A stretch of DNA of 64,000 nucleotides from Bilabrum cf. latius (Eukaryota), in NCBI GenBank assembly GCA_965178125.1, contig OZ237766.1:682001-746000 (forward strand), written 5' to 3'. The position numbers and the translations under genes are program-made. This document shows, piece by piece, positions 47,092 to 61,115 of the stretch. A model generated the notes under the pieces. The model worked only from the letters and a program-made list of their open reading frames with translations, did not search any database and was not told the origin of the DNA. The first letter of the stretch is position 1. Every line of letters begins with the position of its first letter.

Positions 47092-48678
47092 TCAGGAAGC
47101 CATGGCAGCTGCGCCCCCACTGCTGCCCTTGGCACCACTCCCTTCCTCCTCCACCTCCTCCCCTACACCCGCCCCACTTGCACCTCCATCCACCGGCAGC
47201 CCGTTCCCGAGCCCGTCATCGGACCACACACGCACGGTGGGATCCAGGTCCAGTCCACCAGAGGCCAGGGCGTCGTACTTCGTGCTGGCATCCACCGCCA
47301 GCACGCTGTCTCTGTGCCCCGACAGCACCGCCGCGACCGCCCTGGACTGCAGGTCATAGGCGTACACGAGGTTGTTCTCGCTGCCAGTGATCACCCACTG
47401 GCGCCTGGGCTGGGTCACGCTGAATGCGCAGAACCCGCAGAAACGACTGGCCTTGTGCTTGTCGTATGTCTTCACGGGCTTGCCCCTCTGCAGCTCCCAC
47501 AGCCTGACCCGGGAGTCGAGCGTGCCCAGCAGCATGAACCTCCCGTTGGGGCTGAACCGCACGCAGCCCACGCACGGGTTGCTGTCGCTCAGCAGAGTCC
47601 TCACGTGCGTCCCCCGGGCCGTGTCCCAGACCCTGGCCATCCCGTCAAAGGACCCAGAGGCCAGGTGGGACCCGTCCCTGTTGAAGTCCACGGAGGTGAT
47701 GGGGTCTCCGTGGGCTGCCAGGCGGTACACCTCCCGCGCCGCCCTCACGTCCCACAGGCGCAGAGACTCGTCGTACCCGCCCGATGCGACCAGGTTGCCG
47801 CGAGGAGACCACGCAGTGCAGAAGGCAAAGTTTTTGTGCCCGCTTAGGCAGCGCGCCTCCTTGCCCTGCGGAGATGGTGGGAACAGGGGCGATCGTCGAC
47901 AGAGCAGAGTATGGAGCACCGAGAGAGGCAGCAGCTCAAGATCGGTTTGCGGCCGATTCACTGATTGCGAAGTTGAACATGATACCGACGATACACGAAG
48001 CTTCGACGAATTCGGCTAGTCATCCGCCAAAGTTGCTTCCAGGCTCACCGTTGTCACATCCCACAATCGGACCGTGCAGTCATCCGACGCCGTAGCCAGC
48101 AGATCGCCGGTGGGTGCCCACGCGCAATCGTTTAGACCATGCCGATGCCCCTTGAGCGTCGTAAGGGCGACGCCGGTGCTCGCATTCCACAGTCTAGCCG
48201 TCTTGTCAGCAGCTGCGTGAGCTCGGAGTGCAACAGAGAACGACGCGTTGGATGACGGATGCGCCATGCCTTGCTTGACTGGCAGCATAAAGCAACTGAT
48301 ATAAAATGCCGCTTCCGATCCAGATTGTACTTATTGGCGCGCTTGGTACACCCCGCGCGACTGGTTTCACTCGGAACAGCAAGGAGAACTGCAAGCCCAC
48401 TCACATACACTAGCAAGGATCACGTCATTGGGCTTGTACTTCACGCTAGACACAGCCTTTGTATGGCCACGTAACTCGAACCGCTACCGAAAGCGCGGAC
48501 GCCTTGTGGTTGGGCCAGGTGAGTCTTTGGTCGGGGCACTGTTGCCGTCACTTTTTGAGTGATTGCTAGCCGCCACGCCTGTTGGTGTGCTGGACGGCAC
48601 ACCCCTGGCCTGCGAAGATGCTTCGGTTGTTGTACTACTCTATTGCGAGGGTGCTTGCAATCCGGCGGCCGAGGACAT
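47092..48678 (-). CDS. WDR5: WDR5/Swd3-like WD40 protein (COMPASS subunit), spliced
   Basis: Motifs PRFR*RFELRGHTKAVSSVK, ADKTARLW, GHRHGLNDCAW, AHGDPITSVDFNRDG, VRFSPNGRFML and FSVT...WVITGSENNLVY. ATG at 48678, at least two introns; ends TGA. Confidence 0.85.
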
Positions 48679-48809
48679 GTACCCCGGTCCGAAAGTGGGC
48701 AAAAATCCACAGCAGATCATCGAGGGAAGACTCCACGATCCAGCTCCGATCGTTTGAGGCATCTAGCCGTTCCGTCACTTCGATTCCAAACAAAAACGAT
48801 TCAAATAGC

Positions 48810-49580
48810 ATGGCAGCTAGCTCTGGAGCCGCGCATTCTGCCGCCGGTGGTGGTGCAGAGCCAAAAGATGTTACGTAGGATGAAAGCAAGCAGCTCAGGA
48901 GGGTATTCGACTACTTGTGCGACTATGCTGCCAAGAGCAAGCTGGAACGCGAACGACAGCCAAAGTTAGAGCGAAAGAGTAAAATTTTGGCATACAAAAA
49001 GAATCCTGATGCAGTAAAAATTGTTGATGATACGGGCCGAGAGCTCACTGCTGCCTAGATTGATGCAGAGCTGCGACGAATAGACGAGGAGTGCGAGGCG
49101 ATCACGTCGAGCATTCGGGAGATCGAAGACAAGGCAGACAAGAAAATCCACCCACGGGATCTTATGGAAGCGATCGCAAAGCTAGGAAAGCGCTCATCGA
49201 AGAAGGAAATCGAAGACATGATCTGGGAGGTGGACGAGAACCTGGACGGTTGCGTGGACTGGGACGAGTTCCAGCTCATGTTCGAGCGCAACGTGAAGGA
49301 CACGACCGGCCTGGAGCCATACCACCTATTTGCAGTCGTGCAGTTCATGATGTACGACAAGGACGGGGGCGGGGAGGTGAGCGTGGACGAGACCATGCAC
49401 ATGCTGTACGCCCGGTACGGCAGGGAGCGGCTGTAGGAGGAGATGAAGGCGCTGTTCGGGGACGAGCTGAATGCCACGGGGGACGCCACTCTGACCTTCA
49501 CGGATTACCTGAAGGCAGTGGAGGCCAGACTGCCCAAGAGGAAAGGCAAGCCGGGGGCGGGGTCTGTTGCGGGCAAGTGA
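48810..49580 (+). CDS. Calmodulin-like EF-hand protein
   Basis: Motifs VT*DESKQLRRVFDYL, EIEDMIWEVDENLDGCVDWDEF and MYDKDGGGEVSVDETM. TAGs at 48876, 49056 and 49434; ends TGA. Confidence 0.9.
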
Positions 49581-49738
49581 CGGCCAGTGGGGAAGCAGTG
49601 CGGGCGAGGCCGCCGGGGAGGCGCGCTTTCTTCCTGTTCCAGATATTCTTCTGCGTATAATTTACCCTAACACAACAACCAAACAAAGCGTTCGCATCAT
49701 CGAGCTAATGCGCATCATCTCCCCCATCCCCCTCCCCC

Positions 49739-52700
49739 TCACTGCCCTTGCCCCCGCCCTTGCACGCGCACCCCAATTGCCCGGGCCCGCTGCAGCACCG
49801 CCTCATGAGCCGCCCACAGGGATTCGACCCCGGGATCTCGAGGGACACCAACATTCGATGCACCCTACCACAGCCTATTCGCGGGTCCAAATCCCTGTGC
49901 TTTCGGTGCTGCAGTGTACTGCACCCCTGGAGCCACATCCGGAACAAACGCGGGCTCATGGTTTCGGTAGGCTGGTCGCTGGCCGGCTGCAAGGTACCCC
50001 GCACCACCATGCGGTGCACCCAACCCAGCTTGGCCCCCAAGACCTTGCCCTGCGCTCCCAAAGTCCATGGGCACCCGCCCCCACGCACCGGGGAGCTAAC
50101 CTCCGGCCCCTCCACGGCCCCATTCTCCTGCCCGACCCCATTCCCCTGCCCGACCCCAAGACGGGGTCGGTTGCCCAGGAACGCCCTCACCATCTGTGGG
50201 ACGCAATCCAACGTGGACCACGTGTGTACCGCCAAGCGCACCGTCGAACCCAGACGGCGCATCGGCAACCGCTGCCTCCTTCGCATGGACAGACGGCGCA
50301 TCGGCAGCCGCTGCCTCCTTCGCATGGACAGCCTCGATGCCGCTGGGACGCCGCGAGTGAGACATATACCCAGCGGCCGGGCCTCGGCCTGGGGCTGGGG
50401 CACTATCAGGCGAGGCATAGCCGGTGCTTGCATGATTGCCAGCTCCCGGCCGTGCTCCAGGCCCACCCCCCATCCCCAGGCCCATGCCAGTCACCCCCAG
50501 CCCCAGATAGGGCTGGTGCGACGGGCTCCACTCGGCCCGCTGGCCGAATCCAGGCTGTGCTCGAGCCGCTGCCGCTCTGGCCATGGTCAAACTGGCATCT
50601 GCCACCAGCCTCTGCAACCACTGTCCCTCTGCGTCTCCCTGCCTGTCCTACTCCCCGCCCTTCCCCTCGTCCTTCTCCCCGCCCTTCCCCTCGTCCTGGG
50701 TCTGTGACTGGGTCTGTGACTGGGACTGTGACTGGGACTGTTCCTGGCCACCACTCACAGGTGCACCTTGTGCATCCGATGGTGATGCTTCTTTATCATT
50801 AGGCCCAATCCCCCGTGCATGGTCCGGGGCTAAAGCCCCCCCCAGCGTCTCGAATACAGTGGGCTGCCCCGGTGGAAGCGCATGAGCAGGGGCCTGTGGA
50901 GCCAGCATGCCGGCCCCCTGCACCGCCACCCCCGGGGCACTCCCCCTAGCCATCGCCTCCCTCGCCCACTGCACCGACAGCTCCCGACGGCGAGCGGCGT
51001 CGCCCCCCGGGTCAGCCACCCCCTCCGGCTGTTCCCCGAGAGCAGCGGCAGCGGCCTGCTGCCACCCCTGCGCCATCCTGAAGGTCGCGCCCTCTGCAGT
51101 CGCAGGGTTGCCCGCCCCCGGCACGCCCAGCGAGGCACCCGCCGCGGCCAGCGCCCCCCTCACCTCCGCCTCGCGAGCAGCCCCCGCGCCCCATGCGTCA
51201 GAGGCAAGTCCCAAGGAGGCGCCCAGAAGGCGGTCTGCCTGCCGCCCCGATTCCTCCGCCGCGGCATCGTGGGCCCCCCCCTGCATCCCCAGCTGTGAGG
51301 GGGAGGGCCCGTCCAGCAGCGCGTCAGCAGACCCAGACCCAGACCCAGACCCAGACCCAGACCCAGACCCAGACCCAGACCCGGACCCGGACCCGGACAC
51401 AGGCTGGCTTCCCTGGTCCAGTCCCTCGCCCTCGCCCTCGCCGTGTTCGCCCGCCTGGATCCTCTCTTGTTCCCCGGGCCCACTCGACCCGACGAGTGGC
51501 TTGAACACGGTGGGATGAGCAGCCGGGGCGGGATACGTCGAGGGCCCCACCCCAGCTGCGAGCAAGGCAGCGGCGAGAGGGGGGCCTGCCTACGCGCCCG
51601 CCCCCTTCTGCTGACCTGACAGCGGTGGGACGGACACGGCAGGTGCACCCGGCTGCTCGGGCGCTGGCGGCGGCCTGGGCTGCCTCACGGCCGGCAGCGC
51701 CCGAGCCCACTCCCTGACCTCTGCTGCCTTGTCCTGCACCCCTGCACGGGCCCCCTCTGCAGCCAGCAGCCCAGCTGCCACCTGCCTGCGGTAGCCCTTG
51801 TTCTCCAGCAAGGGGTAGGCCCTCGGCAGCAGCCGCGCCGCTTTGGCCACGTCCTCCGCGCTATCCGACTGGGCCAGACCCAGGACCTCCACCACACCGG
51901 GGCTTTCTCCCAGCGGATCAGCGCCGCTCCCACCACCACCACCATCCCCATCCCCATCCCCATCCCCGCCTGCCGCCGCCCCGCCCCCACCGAGCCGCCC
52001 CGTCCCCCGCAGCCTCTCCAACGCCACTTTCCCCCTCCTGCGCCAACCCTCCGTGGCCCGAGCAGCCGCCGCCAGCTCGTCCTCGAGCTCCCCACCCGCC
52101 TCCTCCTTGGCATCCAGTGCGGCCTGCTCCTGCGCAGATGGCACGCACAGCCCCGGGGGCTCCCCGCTGCCGCTCCCATGCGCCGCCCATGCCTCCTGCA
52201 GCGTGGGCGGGTCGTCTCCCTCCTGCACCCCCGGGGGGATGCTCGCGCCGCCCTTGCCATCGAGACCACCCGCTCCACCGCGGCCATGTTCCTCCTCCTC
52301 TTCCTCCCCCTCCTCCTCTTCCTCCTCCTCCACCGTGGTGTCGACTGCCACGGCCAGAGCAGGCACCCCCGAGGGCAGCAGTCGCACCCACAGGGGCTGC
52401 CGCTGGCCCCTCGCCCTGGCCAGTGCCATGGATGCCCCCTCCTCGGGGGTCCCCGCGCTGGAGGGGTCCTTCCAGGGGTCCTTCAGGGGCAGGCCGCGCC
52501 GACGGGCAGCCTTGCGCTGGGTCCACAGAGAGGCCAGGGCGGGGGCGGGCAGCATGGCAACCGGCCACCCCCCCGGGGCAGCGCCGGCGAGACAGGCCAT
52601 GGCCCGGGGAGGAGGGGGCCTGCGCGCGGGAGGGCTGTCCCCTTTCTCTTCCTCTTCCTCTTGCGCTTGCGCTTGCACCTCGGATGCCGCTTTAGCTTCG

Positions 52701-54974
52701 GCTTCCGTTGATCCCTAGGCTGTCTCTTCCGTCTACTGCTGCGGTCCCCCGTCACCCGCTTGTTCTCCGTCCTCGGCCGGGTCACGCTCACCCTCCAGTG
52801 TGCATGCCTCCCGCACCAGGTCGGTGAGGGCAGTGGCCACGCTGCACCGACCCACCCCCTCCTCCACTCCCAGGGCACCACCCCACGCCTCGGGTCCATT
52901 GGGATATGGAGCATCCTCTCCATCCCCTTCGCCCTGTTGGTTATGCCCTTTGGCTGCACCACCACCACCACCACCTCTCCCGCTCCCGCTGCCTCCAGCC
53001 CCTTTGCCCAGGTCAGCACCCCTAGCCTCTAGACCCTGGCTATTGTCGCGCCCCGCCCGGCCCCCACTGTCCACCTCCACGCCTTGCCGCAATGCTCCTT
53101 CCTCTCCTGTGAACGCGCCGGTGCCAAAGGCCCCAGCAACCTCCTCACCCCCTTGCCACCTAGCACCAGCACTACCGCCAACCCGCCGCTGCAGCCCGGC
53201 AGGCACCAAGTCGCTCCTCCGGACCCTGCCACGCGCCAGTGCCGCCCGCTGCCCCGCTCCCTACACCTGCGCCACCAGCCGCCCCGCCATCTGGGCCCTC
53301 TGCTGCTGCTCCCTCAGAGCTCGGATGGCCCGCGCCTCGGCCGCGGAGTGCTCCTGCCGGGCCAGCTGCAGCCGCCGCTGGAAGGACAGCATACCCGTGT
53401 CCAGCGCGTCACCGATGCGCCGAGCCGCCTCCCGGACACCCTCGCCAGCCATTCTTCTCCCCACCCCCGGCACCCCGCCCATCCCGCGCCCCTCCACCTC
53501 CCGCAGCACCTCCCGGGCCCCCGCAGGCACCTGCAGGCCCCGCATCAGCAGCCACTTCCTCCCCAGCCCGTGCCCCGGCCCGTCGTTTACGTCCTCATCA
53601 GCCACCGCCCCTGAATCCTCCTGCTCTTCGTCGTCCTCGTACTCATCCTCGAAATAGTCCTCGTACTCATCCTCATCCTCGTCCCAGTCGCCCGTGCCGC
53701 CTCCGTACGTGTACTTCTGTCCTGCGGCCGCCCCCGAGCGGGATATCCTCCCACCGATGCCCCCACCATCGCGGTCCACCCGTCTCCCGAGCCAGTCTCG
53801 GCTCGAGTGCGGGCCCGGGGGCAGAGGCGGGTGCACGCGCCTCGCCGACAGCCTGTGTCCGGCCCTTGCCCTGGCAGCCGCGACCGTCTGCTCGTGAGGA
53901 GGAGGCAGCGGGCGGGCCGCGCGCGCCTCTGCCGACAGTTCCCCTTGTTCTCCGGGTGCACTGCCTTGCAGCGCGCCCACCGCCCTCTCCAGCACGGGGT
54001 CCATCCCGCGGCCCCTCCTGCTCCTCTCCGCCGCCCCGGCAGCCGCCCGCCCCACCGCGGCCAGGGCGCCATCCACAGAGGCAGCCACGCGAACACCGAT
54101 CGACCGCCGGGGGGAGGGGGGTCCGAACCCGGCTTCCATCCACCCGCCCCGGCCCCGGCCCCCGCCCCCTTCCAGCCCCAGCCCCAGCTCTGAGTCCTCG
54201 CCCTGCTGGAACAGCCCTTCACCCACGGCACTGGGCAGCGAGCCCGCCGCCTCCATGGCCCCCGACAGATTCCCCTCCTCATCTTCTTCGTCTCCATGCC
54301 CCGTGCCTTGTTCCCCCAGGCTGGCCCCGATGGCCGAGGCCCGCCGCCGGGCGGCCTGCAGCAGGGCAGCCACGGAGGCGCTGGCCACGCTGTGGGAGAG
54401 AGAGGCCAGGCCGGGGGCGTGCACGTCTGCGGGGCCAAGGTCTGTGTCTTTTACACCGGAAGGCGGGCGCAAGCGCGCCTGAAGCCGCCCGCGCGCCCCT
54501 GTGGGCTTGTTCGGTGGTACAGCAGGCCCCGAGGTCGATGGCTGAGCAGGCTGGCTATCTCGGCTGCGATTCAATAGACTGACATACGTGGGTAGGTCTC
54601 AGATGCGAAAAGGAAACGAATGATTTGACCGGTATCGGGTTGTTCATACGCTGTCTGCGTTTGTCTCACAGCGAAGGCTCGCTCAAGTCATCGCTCGGTC
54701 GCAGTCCAGACGCACGGACTGCCCCTGCACGGCTTCGTGGGGGGCGGCTAGATGTGTTTTGCGTTAATTTACTTGCAATGGATTCCATGCCAGGGTCACC
54801 CGAGACAGGCTGTCCAAAATCTCGAGAAGAAGGCGGATCGATCGGCGCTACCGGGGACGGATGCAGCCACCATGGTTCTTTATCCTCTGTCTTTTCCGTC
54901 TATGATTGTCTAGATTCTCGACTTTGGGCAGCCCCTTCCCTAAAACGCTTGATCAGCTCCTTAGCGGTCGCCAT
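49739..54974 (-). CDS. Large low-complexity protein with PROSER3-like N-terminal motif; intron 54579-54669
   Basis: Starts MATAKELIKRFREGAAQSRESRQS*...PWWL, followed by a phase-compatible GTGAGA...TCAG intron. Six ORF-track fragments lie in one frame joined by TAGs; ends TGA at 49739-49741. The family resemblance is from recall only. Confidence 0.6.
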
Positions 54975-55100
54975 TTCCGTGTGAATAGCTTTGAATTGCC
55001 GCAACGGCTGGAAGTTCGCTACGATGTCACGAACGTTCTGTGTGGCTGCGTAAACATCAATACCATTGTCCGGTGCGGTAGCAAGAGACGTCTGATATAC

Positions 55101-56393
55101 ATGAAGCTTGTTCTGACAAAAACTTTGTGGGGGTGCGATGAGGTAGCACATCCACAAAAATGGGCCGGCTTGCTCGAGCGTGTGGTTGCACAAGGCTTCA
55201 ACGCGATCGAAATCGCGGCTGCTGGTCTTCCCGGTGACGGAGCTCTGGACAAGAAATGGGCGGAAGCCGTGAAAGCGAGCGGTCTCAAGCAAGTTGTGCA
55301 GCTGCACACTTGCGGCTACGTGGCTCGCCCAGGTGCGGCGGCCATGAGCCACGGCATCTTCGCGCAGGGCATCGTTGGGTCGGAGGACCCCAAGGACCAC
55401 CTCCGCTCGTTTGAGGAACTGACCAAGCGAGCCATGACGATGGGAGCGGATCGAATTAACTCTCACTCGGGTCGGGACTCGTGGGATACGCCTACGGCGG
55501 TCGCATTCCTGCGAGATGCGATCGCAATCTCGACACGACTGGGCGTGGCCGGCATCACGACCCACGAGACGCACCGCCAGCGCATCATGTGGAATCCCTT
55601 TTAGGCCATGGCTGTCATGCGGCAGATCCCTGAGCTGCGAGTCACCGCCGACCTGTCCCACTGGTGCTGCGTGATGGAGCGCGTGCCCGACACCGAATCG
55701 GACAGAGCGTGGGGCACGGGTGAGAGCAAGGGCGAGAGCAAAGATTCGGAGCCAAAAGGATGGGCCGCCATGCTGGAGCTGCTCGCAGACCGGGTGGACC
55801 TGATCCACGCGCGAGTGGGCGGGGCCGAGACCCCCCAGGTGGGGCACCCCGCCTCCCCCGAGGTGAGCTACGAGGTGCAGGAGCACGAGGGGTGGTGGGC
55901 CCGCATCCTGCGAGGGATGAAGGCGAGGGGGCTGGAGGAGGCATGGGTGGAGCCGGAGTTCGGAGCACCCGGGTATCAGCGCGTCACCCCCTTCACATGC
56001 ACGCCGGAGGAGGACCTCTGGGAGGTGAACGGATACATGGCGGGCCGGGTGGCTGTGCTGTACAGCAAGCTGCACCTCAATGAAGATACCGAAGGCAGCG
56101 ATGCAGGCAGCTTGAAGGCGGGAAGTGCGAAACAAGCCACTGGCAAGGGGGTAGGCGGCATCCCGGCGCCTCTGTTGAAGCTGTACAAGGATGGAGAGGC
56201 AAGGGGGGAGGTGGCTCGCAGGAGGCTAGCGACAGGGGGTGCAGAGGTAGGGAAGCCCCAGGATAACTTGAATTGGAAGGGCGGCGTGGTTTTGCTCAGC
56301 GTTGGGCTGGCGATAGGTTTCTTCGCTGGAATCGCGCTTAAGCCGACATTGGAGCGAATGATTCGAAGCAGTGGCCGCAAATCTACCAGTTAA
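55101..56393 (+). CDS. Xylose-isomerase-like TIM-barrel sugar phosphate isomerase/epimerase with C-terminal TM anchor
   Basis: Motifs KTLWG, INSHSGRD, HETHRQRIMWNPF*, LRVTADLSHWCCVMER, IHARVG and PEFGAPGY. TAG at 55602; ends TAA. Confidence 0.85.
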
Positions 56394-56756
56394 TGACAGC
56401 TGGGCCTTACGGTGTCCATATTTCGATTGCAGTCTTTTGGCCAGCGTGTACTATGTTCCGCAAGTGATGGTGGAGAGCGCGGCGCCACTGTGTCGTGCAG
56501 GCGTTGAGAGCACGGAATCATACTTGTGCATCCGCTTCGTGCTGTCTGCCTGCGTAAGTACCCGGTCAAATGATCTCGACTTGCAAGCTTCATGCATCCT
56601 CTCCCAAGCTTGAGATAATTTGCTAGACTCCATCGCCTGAATTGCCCGTTTCGGTTTCGAGAAAAGAATACAGTTCCACTGCACCGATTCACCTGTTGGC
56701 GCAGCATGCAAAAAGAAAAAGTTGTGTTCGATTCTGCCGTAAGTGGTTCCAATCCT

Positions 56757-59496
56757 ATGCACGAAAAAAAGCCAACGCAGCAGTCTGCAGGGGGCTAGAA
56801 AGCCATGTGCTGCGGGCTGGGCCTAGGAGGTGCGATTGGTCTCAGCGTGGTGGCAGGTCTTATTTTTGGAGGGGCAATCGTTGGAATAGCTATGAACTCT
56901 CTTATGGATGATGGCGATGAAGGTGAAGCAGCGAGGCCCTCACTCTCAAGCACTTCTGCGTCCACGGAGTTTGCTGCCAGCACTGCTGACAGCCTTGCTG
57001 CAAACGCATGCCCGAGCGAAGGACAGGCAGCGGCTCTAACAGGCCCAACTGAGTATTTTGCAACCACATACATCGACATTGCGGGGCCTGCGCTTTCCTG
57101 CGATGAAGCGGGGGCGATCGGTGACGCGACGGCGTCTACGCTCGGCGTAGCTGCTAATGCTACCTTCGTTGGCGTCCTGTCGATTGGAACCAGGCGAATG
57201 TCAACGGTTACGACCAGCGCCAGCAAGCGCCCTGGTCATCTGCGGCAGTTGTAGTCCGTGTCGCGCATCGAGCAGACGATCCTCGCCCGCGACATTTCGC
57301 AGCTCCAGTCGATCGAAGCAAGCATGGTGCAGGCCTACAGCGACGGCTCCCTCGAAGCTAGCATCCTGGCAGCCGCGCCCGCCGAGTCCACGGGCGTGCT
57401 TCTGCCCCCAATTGAGTCCCTCGTGCGGGTCGGAAGGCTTGCCAACCCATCGACATCGCCGACTGCATCAGCCTCGCCGTCGCCGTCCACCACCGGCACG
57501 CCAGGCCCTTCATCGTCTGCTTCCCCGTCCACCACGGCCACACCCTCGACCACTGCAAGCGCTTCCCCCTCCACAACAGCTTCGGCAGACCCGACAACGA
57601 CGGCCACAGCCACGGCGTCAACCACTGCAAGCGCTTCCCCCTCCACAACAACGTCGGTCTCACCAACGCCGTCTGCAACCAGCACCGCCACCGCCAGCGC
57701 CAGCCCCTCGCCTGTCGCCACTGTCGTTGACCTGAAGCTGGTCGACATCGTGGATGACACGGCCATCTCCACGCTGAACGCGGAAGTGGTGCTGCGCAAC
57801 GAGCGGACGGGACAGGTCTCTGCAGCGGGTTGGATCCTCTCTGGGAGCGATACCCTGCGTGTGACTATGCCGGGCACCGACCTGCACGCCATCGAGGCCA
57901 GGGGAGAGGGCTTCGTGCAGGTGCTGCCCGCCTACTTTGACAGGGCGCAGGCCGGGCTCTACTCGGATGCAGTGTCGTGGTTCCCAGTCTACGTGGCCAA
58001 GCTGAGCGATTAGGACGAGGAGACCACCCGGGTGTTTGCCACGAATGGGCGCAGGCCCGGCGACCCTGAGCTGGCTGCACTCATCGGCAACACCTCGAAT
58101 TCGCTGGTGCACGCATCAGCAGGGACGAAGCGCGGCAACGGCGACAGCCCCGAGTGGTGCAAGGCGCACCATGATACATCCGATTGCTCCTTTGGGAGCA
58201 CGTCCATGGTCTCGTTGAGGGATACAAGCGGCTTGAACGGGTGGGGATCCGAGATGGTCACCATCACGGACGGGAATTCTTCCTGCAGTTTGGGGCAGGT
58301 GGACGGCACGTTGGAGGCGATGACGTGCAGGGTGCGAATCATGGTGAGCATTTCGTCCAGTTTGCCTTGGTTGTGCTTCAGCTCTGATTGCTCACCTCAT
58401 ACCGCCTGCTTGCGCTCTCCCCCCCAAGATGTCTCACCTGTGCCACCCAATAATTGGCCTGGCATTCTGCTCACCGCAGCTGGTTGAGTACAGTCCTGGC
58501 GGCGTGTATAACGTGGACGATCCCACCGATGATTCCGAAGAGTATTACATACATGATCCCTCGGAAGTGGACGAGACCTTCGTCCCGCGTGTAGTGCTAG
58601 GGCCCAACGGATACAACGCCACGATGCGGCCGTCCCTTTTCCACTACATCTCTAGCCCCGCCGTGGCAGTCGTGGGTGCCAACAGCAGCGCCGGCGTAAT
58701 CCGCATCTCGGCACGGGAGGCTGTCACCCAAGAGACGGTCGATCACGTAGCTAACACGGGAGCGTGGTGCAGCGAGTGGTTCGTGGGCACGTACGACCTT
58801 GCAAGCAAGCAAATGTCCGAGTACCGCGACAATGGCGTCTCCTGGGTGCTTGACGAGTTCTTCATGACCAATTGGTGGGAGGGGTACGTCTGGGATGCGG
58901 AGGAAGGGACGGTCACGGCTCGTAATGCCAGCTTTGTGCCTTCCAACGTGTCGACCTACCCGTTCCTGTGCTCCTTGCCCCCATACGTCCTGGGTGACAC
59001 CTTTGCGAACAACCTGTACGACGACGACTAGCTCTACGAGACGTGGAAGGGATCCTACCTGGCCCAGTACATCGCCATGTTCCTCGAGCCTGACCTCTTC
59101 CGCACAGCAGACGATGACACCAGCATGGTGGACGATCCGGACTACCAGGTGCACACGTACAACCTGCGCCGGGTGGACCGCTCCCGCAAGGTGGGATACC
59201 GCCGGCTGCTGGAGGCCGAGGGGCGGGCAGAGGTGGACGCCGACTTGAGGCTGAGGGTGGAGCGGCTGCTGGAGGCCGAGGGGCGGGCAGAGGTGGGCGC
59301 CGATCTGAGGCTAAGGGTGGAGCGGCTGCTGGCCAACCAGGACCCAGAGAGCGGGGAGCCGCTTGCAGAGGTGCGGCACGTGCCTGACTACATCCCCGAG
59401 GAGCTGGCAGAGGACCTGAAGCGCAAGAGCTTGTTCCAGGGGAGGGACCACAGCAGGCCATGGCTGCTGTCGGATGGGCGTCCGCTGCTCTACTGA
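56757..59496 (+). CDS. Membrane-anchored surface protein with Ser/Thr/Pro-rich stalk; intron about 58344-58480
   Basis: N-terminal TM segment and a mucin-like region at 57440-57720. TAGs at 56796, 57252, 58011 and 59029; a GTGAGC...CCGCAG intron restores the frame. A 60-bp internal duplication lies at 59203-59332; ends TGA. Confidence 0.65.
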
Positions 59497-59693
59497 CTGT
59501 ACCCGTACTGAGCAAAGTAGACCAGGCCAGGCCAGGCCAGAAACAGAAGCAGAAGCAGTGGCACGGGGTGTCTTGGACGGCCTGGAATGCCACAGCTGTC
59601 GGCCAAATATACGCTTAAGAGCGTCTGTCGCAATGATGATGGTTGATTACATATCCGGATCGTTGCAATTAACCTAGGCTCAGTTCTATGTCC

Positions 59694-61115
59694 TCATGTA
59701 CTACCACCACTGGCTGCCTCAGCTGCCTCGCTGTCCCCTCCCTTACCCTCCGCTTGCGCGCACCTCCGCACATGCCGGATCACCTCCGCGTGCACCTCTC
59801 TTGGACCAGCTGAGGCCACCACTCCCAGCGAGGTGGGCAGCCGCCTCCCGTGCGAGAAATCAAGCTCCCTCCCCTCCCCGTCCGTCACGCAGCCGCCGGC
59901 GGCCTGCAGCACGGCAGCCCCGGGCGCGTGGTCCCACACCTTCTCCCTGTATCCCGCCTGAGGGAAGCGCAGGTACAGCTGGGCCTGCCCCCGGGCCAGC
60001 AGCCCGTACTTGGCCATCGAGTCGATCCGGACGGGGGCCTGCTCCTCAGCCGGTGGGAGGCCAAGTGAGGTTGCGACCGCCTCGCTGAGCCCGTGTGACG
60101 AGTGCCCCGACTCGAAGGACTCGACCAGTCGGAATGCGGAGAGAGGGCACGGGCTCGGGCTCGGGCTGGAGCTGGAGGGGAGGGGGGCGCAGGACTGGCC
60201 GCCGGGGAGCATCGACACCAGGTCATCCGAGTGCGTGCTGTCACCCTTCAAGTTGATTGTGCCCGCCGCAGCCAAGCCGTCCTCCTATTCCTTTTCCTCT
60301 TCGTCACCCCTGCCGGCCGTGGAGGCGCGCTTCCTCTCGGAGGCAGGCGCCACTGGCACTGGCACTGGCACCGGGAGCAGGGAGCTGCCCACCTGGCTGG
60401 CCTCGAGAGTTGAGGCGATAGGGAACTGTGCGCACTGAGGGGTGCCACTAGCAGTGGCCAAGCTGCCTACAAACAGCGTCCCGTTGCCCTCGCCACCGCC
60501 GGCTGTGTGCTCGCCGTGGTCGAACCCGAGGTTCGGACACGCTATCACCCCTGCGATTGCCCGAGCCCCGTCCACAAACCCCAGGCCAATAGAGTACTGA
60601 TGATCTTTGCCGCGAAGGAATCCTTTCGTTCCATCAATAGGATCTAAGCAGAAATATCTTCCCGCGTACTCTTCCGAAGCGGTGGGATCAAATGTGCCAG
60701 CATCGAGAGCCTCACACACAGACACTTTGTCGACGGCCTTCGCATCAAGATATGTGCACCCCGCAGCCCCTTGCTTGATTGCATCGATCACAGCAGAGCA
60801 AACCGATCCATTCTCCCGAACCGCAGAAGAATCCTCCTCGCCAATGACAGGCAGAGCCGCATGCCCGCCTTCGAGCAACTCGGGATCCCGCTTGAGCAAC
60901 ATAACTATAAGAGCCTGCACAGCAAGGTCTCCAATCGTAACGGGTGACAGATCATCTTTCGACAGACTAAACCCTGCACCAGCAGAGCCTGCGGTCGCAG
61001 GTTGAAGCCTACGAGTGATGGTTGCAGCTCGCAGAACGGCTCTAGAAGCCGCTCGAATGTAGGCCATGTGTAAGTGATCTGCACTTGAATCTGATTCGTC
61101 GGCAGCTGCAGCCAT
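59694..61115 (-). CDS. 3'(2'),5'-bisphosphate nucleotidase (HAL2/MET22/SAL1 family)
   Basis: Motifs KDDLSPVTIGD, GEEDS, LDPIDGTKGFLRG, GVIACPNL, ESFESGHSSH, RIDSMAKY and YREKVWDHAPG. TAG at 60285; ends TGA. The start could be slightly upstream. Confidence 0.92.

Noticed and set aside
55101-56393. Bacterial contamination or a recent HGT island (isomerase, GH95, GluR0-like channel)
   Set aside because: These genes are interleaved with intron-containing eukaryotic genes and share the host's TAG usage and/or GTGACGAG motif. Ancient transfer is not excluded.
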